64,000 bases of DNA from Chiloscyllium plagiosum (GCF_004010195.1 NC_057718.1:59445622-59509621), one strand, 5' to 3'. Counted from the stretch's first letter, positions 25,710-39,508 are shown. The notes: a model not told the origin generated them from the letters alone. Program-made: numbers and translations.

Positions 25710-25965
25710 AGAATGTATAAGATTCCATGGTGCTATTCTTGCAAGATTTGGGGATTTCTCCTCCGTTTTCTTGCCAATATTTATTCATTAGCTAACATCA
25801 CTAAAAAACAGATTATTTGTCATAATCATATTGCAGTTTACAGACAATGCCATGGCAACTGGATATCCTACTTAACCACAGCACTGACACTTCACTGGTT
25901 GTAAAGCATTCCAGGACTTTATGGGTTGTCAACGGCACTATATAAATATAAATCATTTTTTCTTT
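25710..25965 (+). mobile_element. DeuSINE (SacSINE1/AmnSINE-like) body and L2-type tail
   Basis: aagattccatggtgctatt...gccaatatttattc...aaaacagattatttgtcat...ggcactatataaat matches the recalled Deu domain and tail. Confidence 0.65.
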
Positions 25966-26494
25966 TATCTTGGTGCTGTTAGTTGGGGTTCTTTACACCG
26001 TGCTACTGAATGCCAAAACATCAATTTATACATTACAATTTTTCTGATAGGCAAATATAAACTTCCCTGAGCCAAACCTGGTACACAAGGAGGGTGAGGT
26101 TGAAAATCAACCCCACTGACTTTTCCCGAACTCCATTCTGTTATATAAGATGATGGCCCTGAAGGGGTTAATGTTACATTGGCTCTGTCCATTTTTGTGA
26201 TGTCACACACAATCTGTGATAAGTTCTATTTTTACGTATGGAGAGAGCAGAGATACCTTTGCTGCTTCCTAACTTGTGAGTATTTATGCTTCCCAAATGT
26301 AGCTGTACTTATTATTATTTTGTAGCAAACCTTTTTGTTATCTAAGCACAGTGCATATTCTGTAGATACTCTCCAGTTGTGTATCCTTCACTAATAATCA
26401 CGAGATAGGCCAAAGATAAAGCACAAGCAAAGGAAGATTGATAGTGGCAAACTACCTCAAACAACACTTAAACAATGGCACATACAAACATTTA

Positions 26495-26900
26495 GAGTCA
26501 TATAGCATGGGAACAGACCCTGTGGTTCAACCAGTCCATGCTGAACATAATCCCAACCTAAACTAGTCCTACCTGCCTGCTCCTGGCCCATATCCCTCCA
26601 ATCCTTTCCTATTCATGTACTTATCCAAACGTCTTTTAAACATTGTAATTGTACCTACATCCACCACTTCCTCAGGAAATTCATTCCATCTATGAACCAC
26701 CCTCGGTGTGAAAAATTTGCCCCTCGTATCTTTTTAATTCTCTTTCCTCCCACCTTAAAAATGTGCCCCCTAGTCTTAAAATACCCCATCCTAGGGGAAA
26801 AAAGCCCTAGGTATACCCCTCAATATTTTATAAACTTTGGTAAGGTCGCCTCTCAACCTCCCATGCTCCAGCAAAAAAAAGTCCCAGCCCATCCAGTCTA
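26495..26900 (-). mobile_element. CR1 (HER1-like) LINE 3' end
   Basis: Reverse complement of the CR1 terminus at 43215-43563; ORF fragment LEHGRLRGDLTKVYKILRG. Confidence 0.85.
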
Positions 26901-27422
26901 ATTCAAACCTTCCTTTCCCTATGTGGCAAATAACACATAAGGCTAACTTTGGTCTTCCAGGAAAGTACCATGCATCCCATCTATAGGTCATATCTGCAAA
27001 ATTGGACTGGGAGGGGCTATACACCTGCACAATCTGGGCTGATTTCTGATATGATTCCTGATTACATTAATAGCACAATTTGGGCCAAGTAAAAGAGGCC
27101 ATTTGGAATTTTCCAGTCTGCTTCCAGTTTCCCAGCAGGTTAGGTGCTTGGAGGATAGTATCCAGTGAGAGGCCAGAGGGCTGGCACTCTGACCAGGTTT
27201 GAAGACCCCTCTCACCCCAACCAGCCCGTGTGCAAGAGCAGCTGCAGAGGACCCTTTCGATGGACTCCTCACTTTTTACTCTTCCCCATCCCCTCCCCAA
27301 AACTGGTTGGCCGGGTCATGAAACTATTTTTCAATGACTAATTTATAAATATTAGAGAGATACTAGCTCTACGATGATGCGCCCTCTTACTTTCCCACAG
27401 CCTGCTGCTCTATTTAGCTTTG

Positions 27423-27633
27423 TTAAAAATCACTCAACACCAGGTTATAGTCCAGCAGGTTTATTTGGAAGCACTAGCTTTCGAAGTGCTGCTTCTTCAT
27501 CAAGTGACAACCAGCTGATGAAGAAACAATGCTTCATAAGCTAGTGCTTCCAAATAAACCTGTTGGATTCTGACCTGGTGTTGAGTGATTTTTAACTTTG
27601 TCCACTCCATTCTGGAACCAGCTCCTCCAAACC
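27423..27633. mobile_element. PLE family A fold-back mini-element
   Basis: Inverted arms ~27423-27502 and ~27514-27596; near-TSD atttagctttg (27412-27422) / atttagcgttg (27634-27644). Confidence 0.85.
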
Positions 27634-30600
27634 ATTTAGCGTTGACAGCCTTCCTGGAATCCTTACTGAAACAATGAACCACCTCTCTGACCATCAATTT
27701 GCTGTCTCTATGGAAAATCATACATGGGTAATTATTTTGCCCCTAGCGATAAATTCAAGAATCAAAATATGAATAGTGTTCTTTTGATATTTTGTAGAGC
27801 TGTGTTTCTGGAACAAAGTGAAGGAAGTGTAGCTCTTCATTCAGTTGCACAATTATTTAAGTCTCATTGTATGATACTTACATTGGGTATGAAAGGTTGC
27901 ACTGCAGGTACTTTGTACAATACAAAACCACTTTAAAAACTTAAGAAAACTAAAATATTTATGAATAATTCCAAGAAAAAAGATAAAAGTACAACATTCA
28001 GGGAACAGTTCAAGGCCGCAAGGAATTAATAACATTCACTTACACACAATGAGAACGAAGTGGAAGGCTATTGTTTGGCTTTCTCTTTATTAGGACAACA
28101 GTTCTATATTTTAGCTGAAATTCCTTTTCACAGTATTACAAGCATTTTTGAGAGATAAAGGGCTCATTTCTTGAACGTCAGACCAGATTCAAGGTGTAAA
28201 CCCTTTTGTTGCAATGACAGAACTCTCAATTCAATCTTCCAGGAGGTATCCAATTAAATGGGCAAACCTGCTGACCATTTTGGGATGGAGACAGACTGAG
28301 GATTAGAAAAGTGATTCAGGCTGTGGGCTGGCATGAGCAGCAGGCATCCTTCACTGAGTCTGCAAATGGAGACAGAGCTGCTGAGCTGAAAGGGACGAGG
28401 TAGGGTGAGATGAAGTGCAATGACAAAATGGCAACCGTTTCCTCACCACCAGTGCTGTCCTTGATATTCATCTCCAGATCATTCTCCAGGAGGTGATCTT
28501 ACAAATGCAAGCGTCCAAGAGCAGATAACCTCACCCTTGCTGATTTGTTCCTTTTGTATGCAGATTACGTATTAGTTTCATGGTGCTCAATCTCCAACTC
28601 TGCACTCTGCTGTGAGTTGACAAACTGAAGACACTACTGAAAAAAAGGTCTAAAAAAAAAAAAAAGCTTGTAATAGTGTGAAAAGAAATTTCTTGTAGTG
28701 AAAGTGCTCTGCCCTCAGAAAATGCCTGTTGATTGCTGCATGAACCATTGGCTTCTGACCACTGTTGGATGGGCTGCTGTCAGTGCACAGAAGTGACCAG
28801 CAAATGCAAGGAGATGGGAATATTCCTATCCAACACGGTTTACCAAAATTTCGTTGTCACCCGACTGCATCTCCAACTCTGAATCCACCTATATGGACAT
28901 GGTAAACTAACCACCCTTTCTGTAAATTTAAGACAATTGCTTTATTAAAGTTACTATTTCAATACAGAGCAACAAAACTACATGAATGAATTACTTTAAT
29001 TTGTTCAAATTATTACCTTTTTCAGGAACATATGTCTGGGCAGGCCATTAACTATTGTTAAAAAGGACATCAATGAATTGTTGTTGATGTTTAAGAGTTT
29101 GTTACAGAGCATCCCTTGCAACATCTGCGTTTAGTACCACATGCTCCTGGAAATTTGCTGGCAAAATACAGGAAAACAACTCTATATGCATTTGGCCTGC
29201 TGCCAATTGTCACTGAACTTCAGCCAAGGAGTGCCATTATGGATATCACAAACAAGAGAGATTTGGGGCAAATTTTGACTTAACCATCTGATTTAATTGA
29301 CAGAATGAATGCACCTGTCAGTGTGTAATATTCCTTTGATTAGTCTTGGCCTCAATGATGAGATAATGTAAAAGCTTGTCAGTGCAACAAGGCAGCACTG
29401 AACCGTACAGGGATTCTACAGTAGTGTGTTCAGTGATAAAGATGGGCAATTGCAGGCACTGTAGAATGTTAATGCATTCACTTTGTACTGAAGATGAACT
29501 GACTGTACATTTGGAATCCATTAATCATGAAAAATCGTCTCTCTTCATGGGGATGACTGTTGTACCTTTGTACAAATGCCAGAATCTGAGAAATTAAATC
29601 AGTGACACTTTCAGAGATATTTAGCATTTACAGAGGTTATGCTTTTCCCAACCACCTTCAATTGCCTAGTTCTTAAAATCTACTCATCTTTGCATCATTA
29701 CCTTCTGACCGAAAGAGAGGCAAATAGAATACAGGCCCTTCTGTGATCTTCATTACTTCATGCATTGGGTTGGCAAAACCAAAACATACTGGGAAGGGTT
29801 TGAAACGTTAGCTGTTCCAGCCACCTGTTTCTACAGCAATTGTGGCACTTTTCTTGATACATGTTGCATTCTAAGGTTTGGCATAAAACTGACATTATAG
29901 ATCTGCCACCTGTATTTGAAGGCTGTACATTGGCACTCCCATAAATTTAAATGGAACTGCAAAAGAAGTAGGTTTAGTAATGGGTTATATCAGTTTTCAA
30001 GCTGGTTCAGCCCATTCAAAACTTGCACTTGTGTCCAGACTGCTTAATGGCCTGACTTTTGCAGTAGGAGTAATATGAAGTTATTAGTGTTCTCGCTGTT
30101 ATTATGGAATAAATTGAACAATAATACTATGCATCGTGAGAAGTTAAATACAGAAACTCAGAAGTTGTTCCATTATTTATTCTACTTCTCCCAAACATTC
30201 ATTACGCTGGTACCTCATTGATGGCACCAAAGTTGAAAAGCATGATCAAGCAACTACTTAAACCCTAAACTAGCCATAAAGTCTTAGGCTGGTCCATTTG
30301 AAACAAATTGCAATCTCAGTGAATGGCTGTTATCCGAATTTGTATTTTTGCTGGGCATTGATGTCAAGGTTGAGAGAGATAGGGGCTGAATCTTATGCTT
30401 CTTGGCAATTTGTCAACTGCATCATGTTTCATGGAGAGTTTCTCTCAATGAGGCCTAGTGAGCAACATCTCAAGCTCACCTCATCATCTACTTACCCCAT
30501 CCCAATGGTGATCTTCTCATCTGATGCTAGCCTGATTGTATCACTTGCCATACCTAGAACCCACCAGTGCGAGAATATTCTGTAATGGACCAGTATCCCT

Positions 30601-30815
30601 GGCATTGGCACCATCGTTAAACAGCCATTCTGCATCTGGGCAAGTCTTTCATTCCGAAGCTGTCCTGCACAATATGCGATATTTGCCCCAGACATTGCAG
30701 ATAAGTGGATATTGGAACCTCATGTTGTGGGCAGCAACCTGGAGGTCCTGGTGTTTGTGTTGTTGCACAGGGGGGGCTGTCCTTTTCCATAGATTGGCAG
30801 CGGAGGCCACAAGCA

Positions 30816-30958
30816 CAGAAAAATCGACGTTTCGGGCAAAAGCCCTTCATCAGGAATACAGGCAGAGTGCCTGAAGGGTGGAGAGATAAATGAGAGGAGG
30901 GTGGGGGTGGGGAGAAAGTAGCATAAAGTACAATAGGTGAGTGGGGGAGGGGATGAAG
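30816..30958 (-). mobile_element. PLE terminal repeat fragment
   Basis: Nearly identical to 17815-17893 over the shared part. Confidence 0.85.
30826..30853 (-). ncRNA. Minimal type I hammerhead ribozyme motif, intact core
   Basis: CUGAUGA-A-GGGC(UUUU)GCCC-GAA-ACGU-C. Confidence 0.75.
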
Positions 30959-31689
30959 AACTCTGCCAGCCTGCTCTGAGGTTGCCTACCTAGCTTAGTG
31001 CACTTTCAAATGTCCAGAAGAAGGCACAGCGTTGTCGGAAGAAGTTCAATGATGTTTAATGGTTCGGAATGGCCCATTTAAACTTTGTTGCAACCAGATT
31101 TGACCGGTGAGGTCCCAAGTTAGAGTCCTGTTTCTTGGATTCCTCAATGGGTAATTCTGTGTTTAACTCACAAACATGGAATATTGAGTATCCCATGGCT
31201 TTTATTTTAAAATTTGCTTACTGCTAAAAGGGTAGCTATCAAGTGATTGTTCAGCATCTGCTCTGCATGTCTGTGACCCTTACATTAAGTGAGGCTTTGT
31301 CTGCATTTCCTCATCACGTTTTTGATAGCTCCACAAAGTCTTTTGTAATCTTATCATGAAGCCACTTGATAACCAGATCGCTGGCTCTAGCCTGTCATTC
31401 TTTGTCAGCTTCCCTTGCACCTTCTGGTTCTCTTTTTTGGTTACTGACCTGGGTCGGGAACTTTTAACCCTTTTGGGATCTGTCCTGACTATTTCTGAAA
31501 CTTTAGGCTGGATTTCAAGCCTTGTGACCTTTCAGCAATCTTTCCTGAACATGTTTACAGCCCCATCTTAGCTTTCTGGATCTCACTCTTTGCTGCTCCT
31601 GCTGAATTAATTTGAATGAATTCCATGGTCACCCCAACCATCAAGGGTTTTACTGCTCCCTCTAGGTCTTTTGAACCACGTTTTGTCTT

Positions 31690-32030
31690 TTTTTATTCAT
31701 TCATAGAGTGCATCGCTGGTTGGCCAGCATTTACGGCCCATCCCTAATGGATGGCTGAGATGGCAACCACATTTTTGTGCCTCTGTGGTCGCACGTAGGC
31801 CACATCAGGTAAGTTTGGTGGTTTCTGGCTGGAAGGACTTTAGTAAATGAGGTGGGTTTTTCCAAAAATCAACATTGGTTTCATGGTCATCATTAGACTC
31901 CTAATACCAGATTTTTATCAAATTCAAATTGCACCATCTCCTGTGATGGGATTTGAACCGAGATGCCCAGAACAATACCTGGGTCACTGAATTAGCAGTT
32001 CAGCAATAACACTGCTAGGCCATCACCTCC
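31690..32030 (-). mobile_element. tRNA-derived SINE with L2-type tail
   Basis: Reverse-complement homologue of 41771-42115 (ggttcaaatccc B-box, gagtctaatgatgaccatgaa, tagggatggg..taaatgctggcc). Confidence 0.75.
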
Positions 32031-32059
32031 CTGTTGTTCCTGGTCAGAAAGCAAGAGAA

Positions 32060-32315
32060 GCACATACATGGACCACCACCACCACCAACACCTGCAACTT
32101 CCCTCCAGACCACTCGCCATCCTGACTTGGGAATATATTGCTGCTCCTTCAATTTGCTGGGTCAAATTCCTGAAATCCCTCCCCATCAACATTGAAGGTG
32201 TACCGACATCAAAAGGAGGGCACAGTTCAAGAAGAAAGATCACCATCAACTTCTCAAGGGCAGTTGGGAATAGACAATAAATGTAGCATCCATGTCCCAT
32301 GAATGAATAAAAAAA
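32060..32315 (+). mobile_element. L2-clade LINE 3' end
   Basis: ccatcctgacttgggaatatattgctg...ttctcaagggcagttggg...caataaatg...tcccatgaatgaataaaaaa; shares its tail with the SINE above; another copy at 39780-39960. Confidence 0.65.
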
Positions 32316-32660
32316 GTATTAACATTCTGTGTCAGTTCCCTGGACTTACCTAAATCTGTCTAGATAGTCACAGCAGCTATTTTAGGTCAGTTTTTGTAAT
32401 TTTAAAAACCATTTGTAATCTGAGTGGCCTCAGGTATAATAATCAGTTGATGGATACTGCTCATCCGTTTTTACGACAGTTGTAATGCAGTGTCAGACAA
32501 GAAGGGACAAAAAGTTTAATGTTAGTTGTGCAACACAGAGCAAGGTCCATGCACAGAATCATAATGAAAAGAACACATTTGCGAGTTTATTATATCTGAC
32601 TGCATGGAGTATCCACTGAAATTTCTTCGACTTATACCTCCTTTGTTTCCTCTTTATTAG

Positions 32661-35600
32661 TGTAGGATGGAGCAAAAATCCCCATCATCTAAAATACTGG
32701 ACAAAATCTCGGGCTCAGGCGGCAAACACACAACAGAGCCAGAATGATTTTCAGCCTGCAATTCCAATTTACAACTCCACTCTAAGAGAACAATCAACCA
32801 AACCTAACACCAAAACTAACTTTTATGCCTCAGGCTACCCGGCACAGTTAGTATGGGGTCTACTATCGAACATTCAACTTAAATCAAAATCCATTCACAC
32901 ATGTTATTAATGTTCAGTAAACCAACTGAACACTAATAACACAATGCCAAGCACAGATTTGGGGCGAAGAGAACGGGCCTACAATCAGTATAATTGTAGG
33001 CCCAACCTCACCTGAGGCAGCAATCTCTGGGTGTGTTCCAAGAAGCTATTTCCAGAAGAGGAATCACAAAGAGCTATCCCCAGAAACATTCCAAAGAAAG
33101 ATCTCCAGAAGAAGAATTCCAATAGCTAATTCCAGCATCCATTTCCAACAGCTATCTCCAAAAGGAGGATTCCAACAGTATTTCCAAGAGCTACCCACAC
33201 AGGTCTGCTCCATACCAGGGGAACCAATGACACTTGATCACAACCAGCAGATCCAAGGAGTGACAAACTTCAAAGACCACCAACCTGACCAACACCATGG
33301 GGCCTCAAATACAGCTGGAGGTGGACATCGGGCGCGCAAAAGCAACAGAAAGTAAGGAAAACCAAGTACATACCTGATAGATCCACTACATGTTGGACTC
33401 AACACAGACTGAAGGCCTACACAGTCCGAAGTCTTCATCCAGATACCGGGTATGGCAAGTGGGAACAGCCAGTAGTACTTCAAAATCGCGTTTTCCTCAG
33501 TGGTGAGCTGAAACTTCGGAGACACCAAAGTTTCCGACCTAGTTAGCAGGGAGGGGAAGGCAGATGGTGACAGTGTATGGGATCCCAAGGGTAGGAAGTT
33601 TGATTAAAGTTTGTGATTAAAACTCCTGTTTTAAATTCAAATAGTGTTTAATGTAGCTAATTGTACATTTAATAGCATTACTGTCCTTTGTGTAATTGAT
33701 TGTATTAATTTCACTGTTTATTGCATTTGCCTTTTATTTCTTGTATTATACTTTTATATTGTAAATAAATGCAGAGATTCTTTTGCCCTGAAACACCTGT
33801 CGACTGCTTTCTTCATTTCACCTTCCCTAAATAAGTCCAGTATTTTGAACCAGGGATCTGGGGGTGATTTGAACCACCTAAAATCAGCAAATTACTGTTT
33901 GTAAACCAGAACCCTACAGAATGGTGACCACTGCAGGACACCGGCAGAGGAATGTGATGTGGTAGAGGATATTTTAGAACCAAAGTCTCTGATGAAGGAA
34001 AGGATCTGTTTAAAAAGGTAAAAATATCAAAGAAGTGGGACCTGGATCTCTTGAGAGCTGAGCGTCTGGGGTAGGCAGCAGCCCCGGTGGCTGACAGCAA
34101 GGAGCATAAACCCTCCACAAAGAAGGCAATCTGGCTCCACTGCCTTCAGCGACAGATCTGGATACTGGTTAGGAAAGTTAGGGAACTGAAGGCATAGTTA
34201 AGGGAGTCAGAGGCAGGCTCGAGCAGGAGGACCAGGGTAGAAGAAATGCTGGATGCAGACCTGCAGTGAGAGAGGTGGCAAGCAGAGAAAAGATTCAGAA
34301 ACAAGTGGGATTACCTGCGGTGTCAAATTACTGAAGCTTAGGAAAGTGAACAGGCACTGAAAGGGAGAATACCTGTCTGGGGAAACAAGTAAAAATGCAG
34401 GAAGAGAAGTTAAGGTAGATGGGGCCACAGGGCCAGGCTGGGAAGTGTTGGGGCCAGGGCCCACGTGCCCAGTTCAGTTGCGCAAGTATGGCGTGCCCTG
34501 GCTTGGTCAGGAGCAGGGGAAATCCAGAGAGTCATTTCATGTCCCCACATGGAACACAGCACACCTGTATAATGTGATGTCTAAAGAGGACTCGTCTGTA
34601 AACTTCATGGAAGTGGAAAGGGGGAGAAATAAGTAGCTGTGATAATGTGGAGATGGCCAAGTTGATGCTGTTCTCCTGGACAGCAGGCTGTACAAGGCCC
34701 TCTCAGCTGACAGCACACCCCCGAGTAAATTTGTAGCCATCGAGGAAGAGAACCTGGAAACTTCCGGGTAGATAATGCCCTACAGGTCACAGGAGAAACC
34801 TCGCACTAGTAAACAAGCCACGGCCAAGGAAGGTGCCCATATATATATACACACCTTCTTGGATTTGAGGGGCTCAGGCTGGACAGCAACAACCAGGGAT
34901 AGAGGGGGTGTGAAGAAGGGGTACAAGGGTAGCTCTGGCTCCAGACCTGAAGACAGTCCACACACAGGATCTCATCCTTAACCCCGTCCAGGGAACGCTG
35001 ACTGGGGAGAGATTGCAGAGGGCCCATACAAAAGGGCAACCAGGCAATGACCCCAGACTGTGGAGAGTCCTCGGGGGAAGCCATAGTTCTACAGGCTGCA
35101 GGACCAGAGCTGATGAACTGCCTCGCAGGGCAGGTTAGCTCACCCATAGTTTGGGGCTTGGGAGGGTTCCCCATTAGAAAGGGGGAGTACTGAAGTGAAC
35201 ACTCTGGGCTCTGAAGCTGAAGACACCATGCTCTCTGGTGTATGTGCTGCCCAGAGGTGGCAGGAAGTGTACACCTGCCCCAGACAGTGATGGGACACCA
35301 CAAGCCAGGCAGTAGCCACAGACAGTGGAGAGACCCCAGAGGAAACCATGGTCCCATAGGCCCACAGAGCTAGGGGCAGCCAAGACCCCCTCAAGCCAGA
35401 GCAGTCCACCTGTAGTCTGGGACAGGGGAATGGCCCCATAAAGAGGGGCCATTCCCGTGGAGAAACTTCGAAGCCCAGAGGCTGAGGATCCTGAGGTCCC
35501 CAGTATAATGGCTGCCCAGAGGCCATAGGAGGTACAGACCGTCAGGTTCTAACCCTGCCATCTGGAGACAGATAACATTGTACAGTTGTGAGTATATAGT

Positions 35601-36626
35601 TCACTTAGAGTTCAGGACTACAGTTAGTGTAAGGTGTGAGCTGTTGGATTGCTCTAATATGTGGCCAAGCCTGAGGGCAAGTGAAGGGCAAGGCTCTGTT
35701 CTATGTTTTTTGTGTTTTCTAGGGAACGATCAGGAAACCAATTGACTTCGAAAGGAACACCAGTAACATGAGGACAAGCACAGATTTGTCACGAAGATAA
35801 GGAGCCTGAAATCTGTATACTTGCAGGCCCCAAACTCACCTGAGGCAGCAATCCCCAGGAGAGATCCCAGCAACAATTCCCAAGAACAATTCCAAGAGCT
35901 ACCAACACAGGCCTGTTCCGAATTAGGGAAACAACGGCAACTGACCACAAGCAGAAGGTCCAAGCACCAATGAACTCCAAAAGCCACTGACCTGACCAAC
36001 ACCACAAGGCCTCAGACACATCCTGAGGTGAAAACTGGGCCTGTTAAACCAGCAGAAAGCAAGGAAAACCGAGCACTTAACCAATAGATCCACTACTCAA
36101 TTTGCCACATCAGTGGACTCAACGCAGACTGAAGGCCTATGCAGTCTGAATCCAGACACCTGGTACAGCAAGCAGGAACAGTCAGCTGTACTTCAAAATC
36201 ACATTTTCCTCATTGGTGAGCTGAAATTCTCAAGATCCTAAAGTTTCCAACCTAGCTATCAGGGAGGGGAAGGTAAGTCATGACAGTGAATGGGACTCCA
36301 AGAGTAGGAAGCCTGATTAAAGTTTCTGTGATTCAAACCTTGCTTTAAGTTCTAATAGTGGTTAATGTAGCTAATTGTATATTTAATAGTATTATTGTCC
36401 TATGTATAACTAATTGTATTAATTTTACTGTTTATTGCATTTACCTTTATTTCTTGTGTTATACTTAACTTTTCTATTGTTAAAAAACAGAGATTCTTTT
36501 GCCCTGTAATACTTGTCTACTGCCTTCTTCATTTCACCTTCCCTAAATAAGACCAGTGTCTAGAATTAGGGATCTGGGGGTGATCAAACTACCAAACAAA
36601 ATCAGCAAATTACGGAGTGCAAACCA
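32661..36626 (+). mobile_element. Defective LTR retroelement: 5' LTR 32661-33918, internal 33919-~35727, partial 3' LTR ~35728-36626
   Basis: TGTAGG...CCTACA termini on the first LTR; ~0.9-kb diverged direct repeat; PBS-like TGGTGACCACTGCAGGA right after the LTR; (a)ttag on both outer flanks. Confidence 0.85.
33922..33938 (+). promoter_or_regulatory. Primer-binding site, possibly tRNA-Arg
   Basis: TGG-initial 17-mer 3 nt after the LTR; resembles the complement of a vertebrate tRNA-Arg 3' end (TGGCGACCGCGGCAGGA, recalled) with 3 mismatches. Confidence 0.55.
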
Positions 36627-37829
36627 TTAGCCAATCTTTCCCTGCGTCAATACATTACTCTTGACACCCTGAGTATTTATATTCTGCAATATATTTGCTG
36701 TGGTACCTTATATGCTTTCCAGATATCTCCCTGCAACATATTCACCTTTCACCCACATTCCAGAGCACGTTATTCTTTATGCTATGCAATAAACTAGTAT
36801 CAAGGATCACTGGGGCAAATCAAGCCCCATTATTCCCAAAGTCATCACAAAGGAATAGATTTTATCAAAAGTACTTTAAGTTCCCAATTTTCCTGTCAGC
36901 TAGAAGCAGTCTAACAGAAAATATCATCCATGTTTCTGTACTTAACAAGAGTGTCCATTTATTACAAAAACATTGGTTGTAACCACAGGTAAACAAATAT
37001 AAACTGATGGCATAAAGTCTACTCATTCATGTCTAATCCACTTACAACCATCTACCCCACACATAACAAACAGACAAAAAAATGATGTTATTTATGAAGT
37101 GGAAAAAGTGCTGGCGAAGCATTTCAATTACCTCAGTCCACATTGTCCACTACGATGATAGTTTTGCTTGCCAGAATTTTCTGTTCTTCAACCTCTTTTC
37201 TTCAAGTTCTCTTCACTTATCTGCAGGAGGCACAGATGATTAGTACACAAACTGCAAAGTCTCTTAGTTACTGGTTTAAGGCTACAGTTTTCAGCAACTG
37301 CCGAGAGAAAATAAATTTGTTTTTCTTCAGGCTTTGGGTACTTTACTGTGGAGAAAGAGACACCGTCTGCCCTTGGAGCTGTCTGACAGCTTATTGTGCA
37401 CATCTACAAAATGTTCAGCTATTTAGGAGCCAATCAGATAGTTGTTGTCGGGCCGATGGCCTTTGTCACCCACAGCTGATCACAATCCCACAAATCAATT
37501 AGTAAACTGTTTCCTGCCAAATCTCACTTTGTGCAAAACTCCTGATGCCAGCCAGTTTGCAAAGAGCCACCCCTATGGTTTGAACAAAGCAGCAGTACAA
37601 ACACAGCTTGCAATGATTTTCAGCCACCTGTTATTTTTTAAAAGTGCAGCAATTCCTTTCATAATCCTTGAGTTTAAAGCAGTCTTTTTTCCATTTCAGT
37701 CCACAATCAAATATACAGCAACATTATAGAAGATATAGTCTACTCGGGAGGTAAATTGTTTTAGATCTAGTATTGTGCAATGAGGAATGATTAATTAGTA
37801 ATATTAAAGTTAAAGAAAAACTTAAATAT

Positions 37830-38410
37830 CTTTGTACATGGAACTCAAAAGTTAGCATGCAGGAATGTGAAACAAAGGGAAAGAAAATGGAATGTTCTTT
37901 TTTACAAGGAGATTGGAATATAAGGATAAAGAAGTCTTGCCACAATTCTAATGATTTTGAAGAGACCATACTTGAAATACTGTGTACATCTCTTACTCTC
38001 CATATTTAAAGAAATACATGCTTGCATTGGAGGCTGTACAGAGAACAGGTACTAAACTGGTCACTGGCAATGAGAGGGTCTTCCTATATTGAGAGACTGA
38101 GTGGACTGGGTCTATATTCCCTGATGTTAAAAAAGAATGAGAAATTATCTCATTGAAACATTCAAGATGAAGGCAGAAAAGGAATACAGTGACGGATGTT
38201 TCTCCTGGCTGGGGAACCTGGAGGAAAGGTCTTTGAGGAAATATCTCCTTACTAAAACGTTTATGACTCTTTCAACTTCTCTGTCCTAGAGAGTTGTAGT
38301 TGGCCATCATCAAATGTATTGAGATAGAAAATTTGTCATCATACAGGGAATCAAGGGATATAAGGGACAGCTAAGTAGTGTTTTCCCTCTCCTATCTCAT
38401 ATGTTCTTAT
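37830..38410 (+). mobile_element. CR1-type LINE 3' fragment, decayed
   Basis: gagaccatacttgaaatactgtgtaca (RPYLKYCV), ttggaggctgtacagagaa, gggaatcaagggatat. Confidence 0.75.
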
Positions 38411-39197
38411 GTTAAAACAACACAACTTTGGGTCACGATTTGAGAAACCCCTAAAATCCAGAAATCTTTGTTGTGTTTGCATCTGTCACATAGAATATAC
38501 TTACAAAATGTTATTGCCATCCATTTAACATCCCAGAGGAACTGTCCATTTCCGTTTTAGCAATGCCTTCATAATATTTTGATTTCCCACATTTCAGCAC
38601 CTCCCAATTGGCTTCTTGTTCTTGCCACTTGATAAGCATGATAGATTTGTGATGGTTTTGTGAAATGTATTGACAGCTTTCAAAACTGTGGAAAGGAATT
38701 AAGATCACAATTGTGTCATAAACTTGAAATGTATTGTAGTCTGACATTGCGTTGAGTACGAAGTCATTGCTCTGGTCTGCTAAAGTAACAACTTGCCGTC
38801 ATGATGTGAGTAAGCATTTCTTGATCAATAACAAATGTCTGAGAACACACTCCCAAAGACGCTAGGTCCATTGCAACATTTATTTCAGTATAGCTGCTGC
38901 TATTGTGTTGTTTACTTGAGCCAGTAGCAAGCCTGAACGCCTTCATAACAGTTATTAACTCTGTTCATGATCCTTTGTTGATTCTCCTGGAAGTGTCCTT
39001 TAAGCACACAGTCACTAAGGAACAAGAAACTACTAATGAGGTCTTCTAATAAAGTGTAAAATAATGGAATCCTATTTCAATCATTTATTAAGACTCGGGG
39101 AGGAAAGTGCATTGATTTGTCATCCAGTAAAATAATCAGGCTGTTCCAAAGTACTTCCTAACCAATGAATTACTTTTGAGGTATATCATTCTCAATT

Positions 39198-39508
39198 ATA
39201 GAATCCCTCCAGTGTGGAAGCAGGCCATTCAGCCCATCAAGTCTATGCCAATCCTCTGAGCAGCATCCCACCCAGACCCAACCTATTCCTGCAACCCCAC
39301 ATTTCCCAGGCTAATCCCTGGACATTATGGGCAAATTATCATGGCCAATCCACCTAACCCAAATATTTTTGGACTGTGGAAGGAAACCAGAGCATACCCA
39401 TGGGGAAAATGTGCAAACTCCACACACACAGTCACCCAAGGGGGAATCAAACCCAAATCCCTGGTACTGTGAGGCAGCAGTGCTAACCACTGAACCACCA
39501 TACCTCCA
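39198..39508 (-). mobile_element. HE1-type V-SINE nested in an older DeuSINE-like relic (~39110-40060)
   Basis: Full head/core/tail similar to other HE1 copies; flanks read as reverse-complement DeuSINE pieces. Confidence 0.9.

Larger units (their letters stand above)
30715..31060 (+). mobile_element. Harbinger-associated Myb/SANT (trihelix) gene remnant, interrupted by a PLE repeat
   Basis: SNLEVLV..AVLF before the insertion and LPACSEVA / SALSNVQKKAQRCRKKFND after it (cf. W.EVA..VSA...R...QCRKKFNDL). Confidence 0.65.

Noticed and set aside
32975..33003. Perfect 11-bp hairpin first taken as the LTR start
   Set aside because: Homology to the 3' LTR extends upstream of it, so it is internal to the LTR; the pairing is poorly kept in the second copy.
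33030..33190. Short repeats superficially like a CRISPR array
   Set aside because: Degenerate ~12-nt tandem units without unique spacers, inside a eukaryotic LTR.
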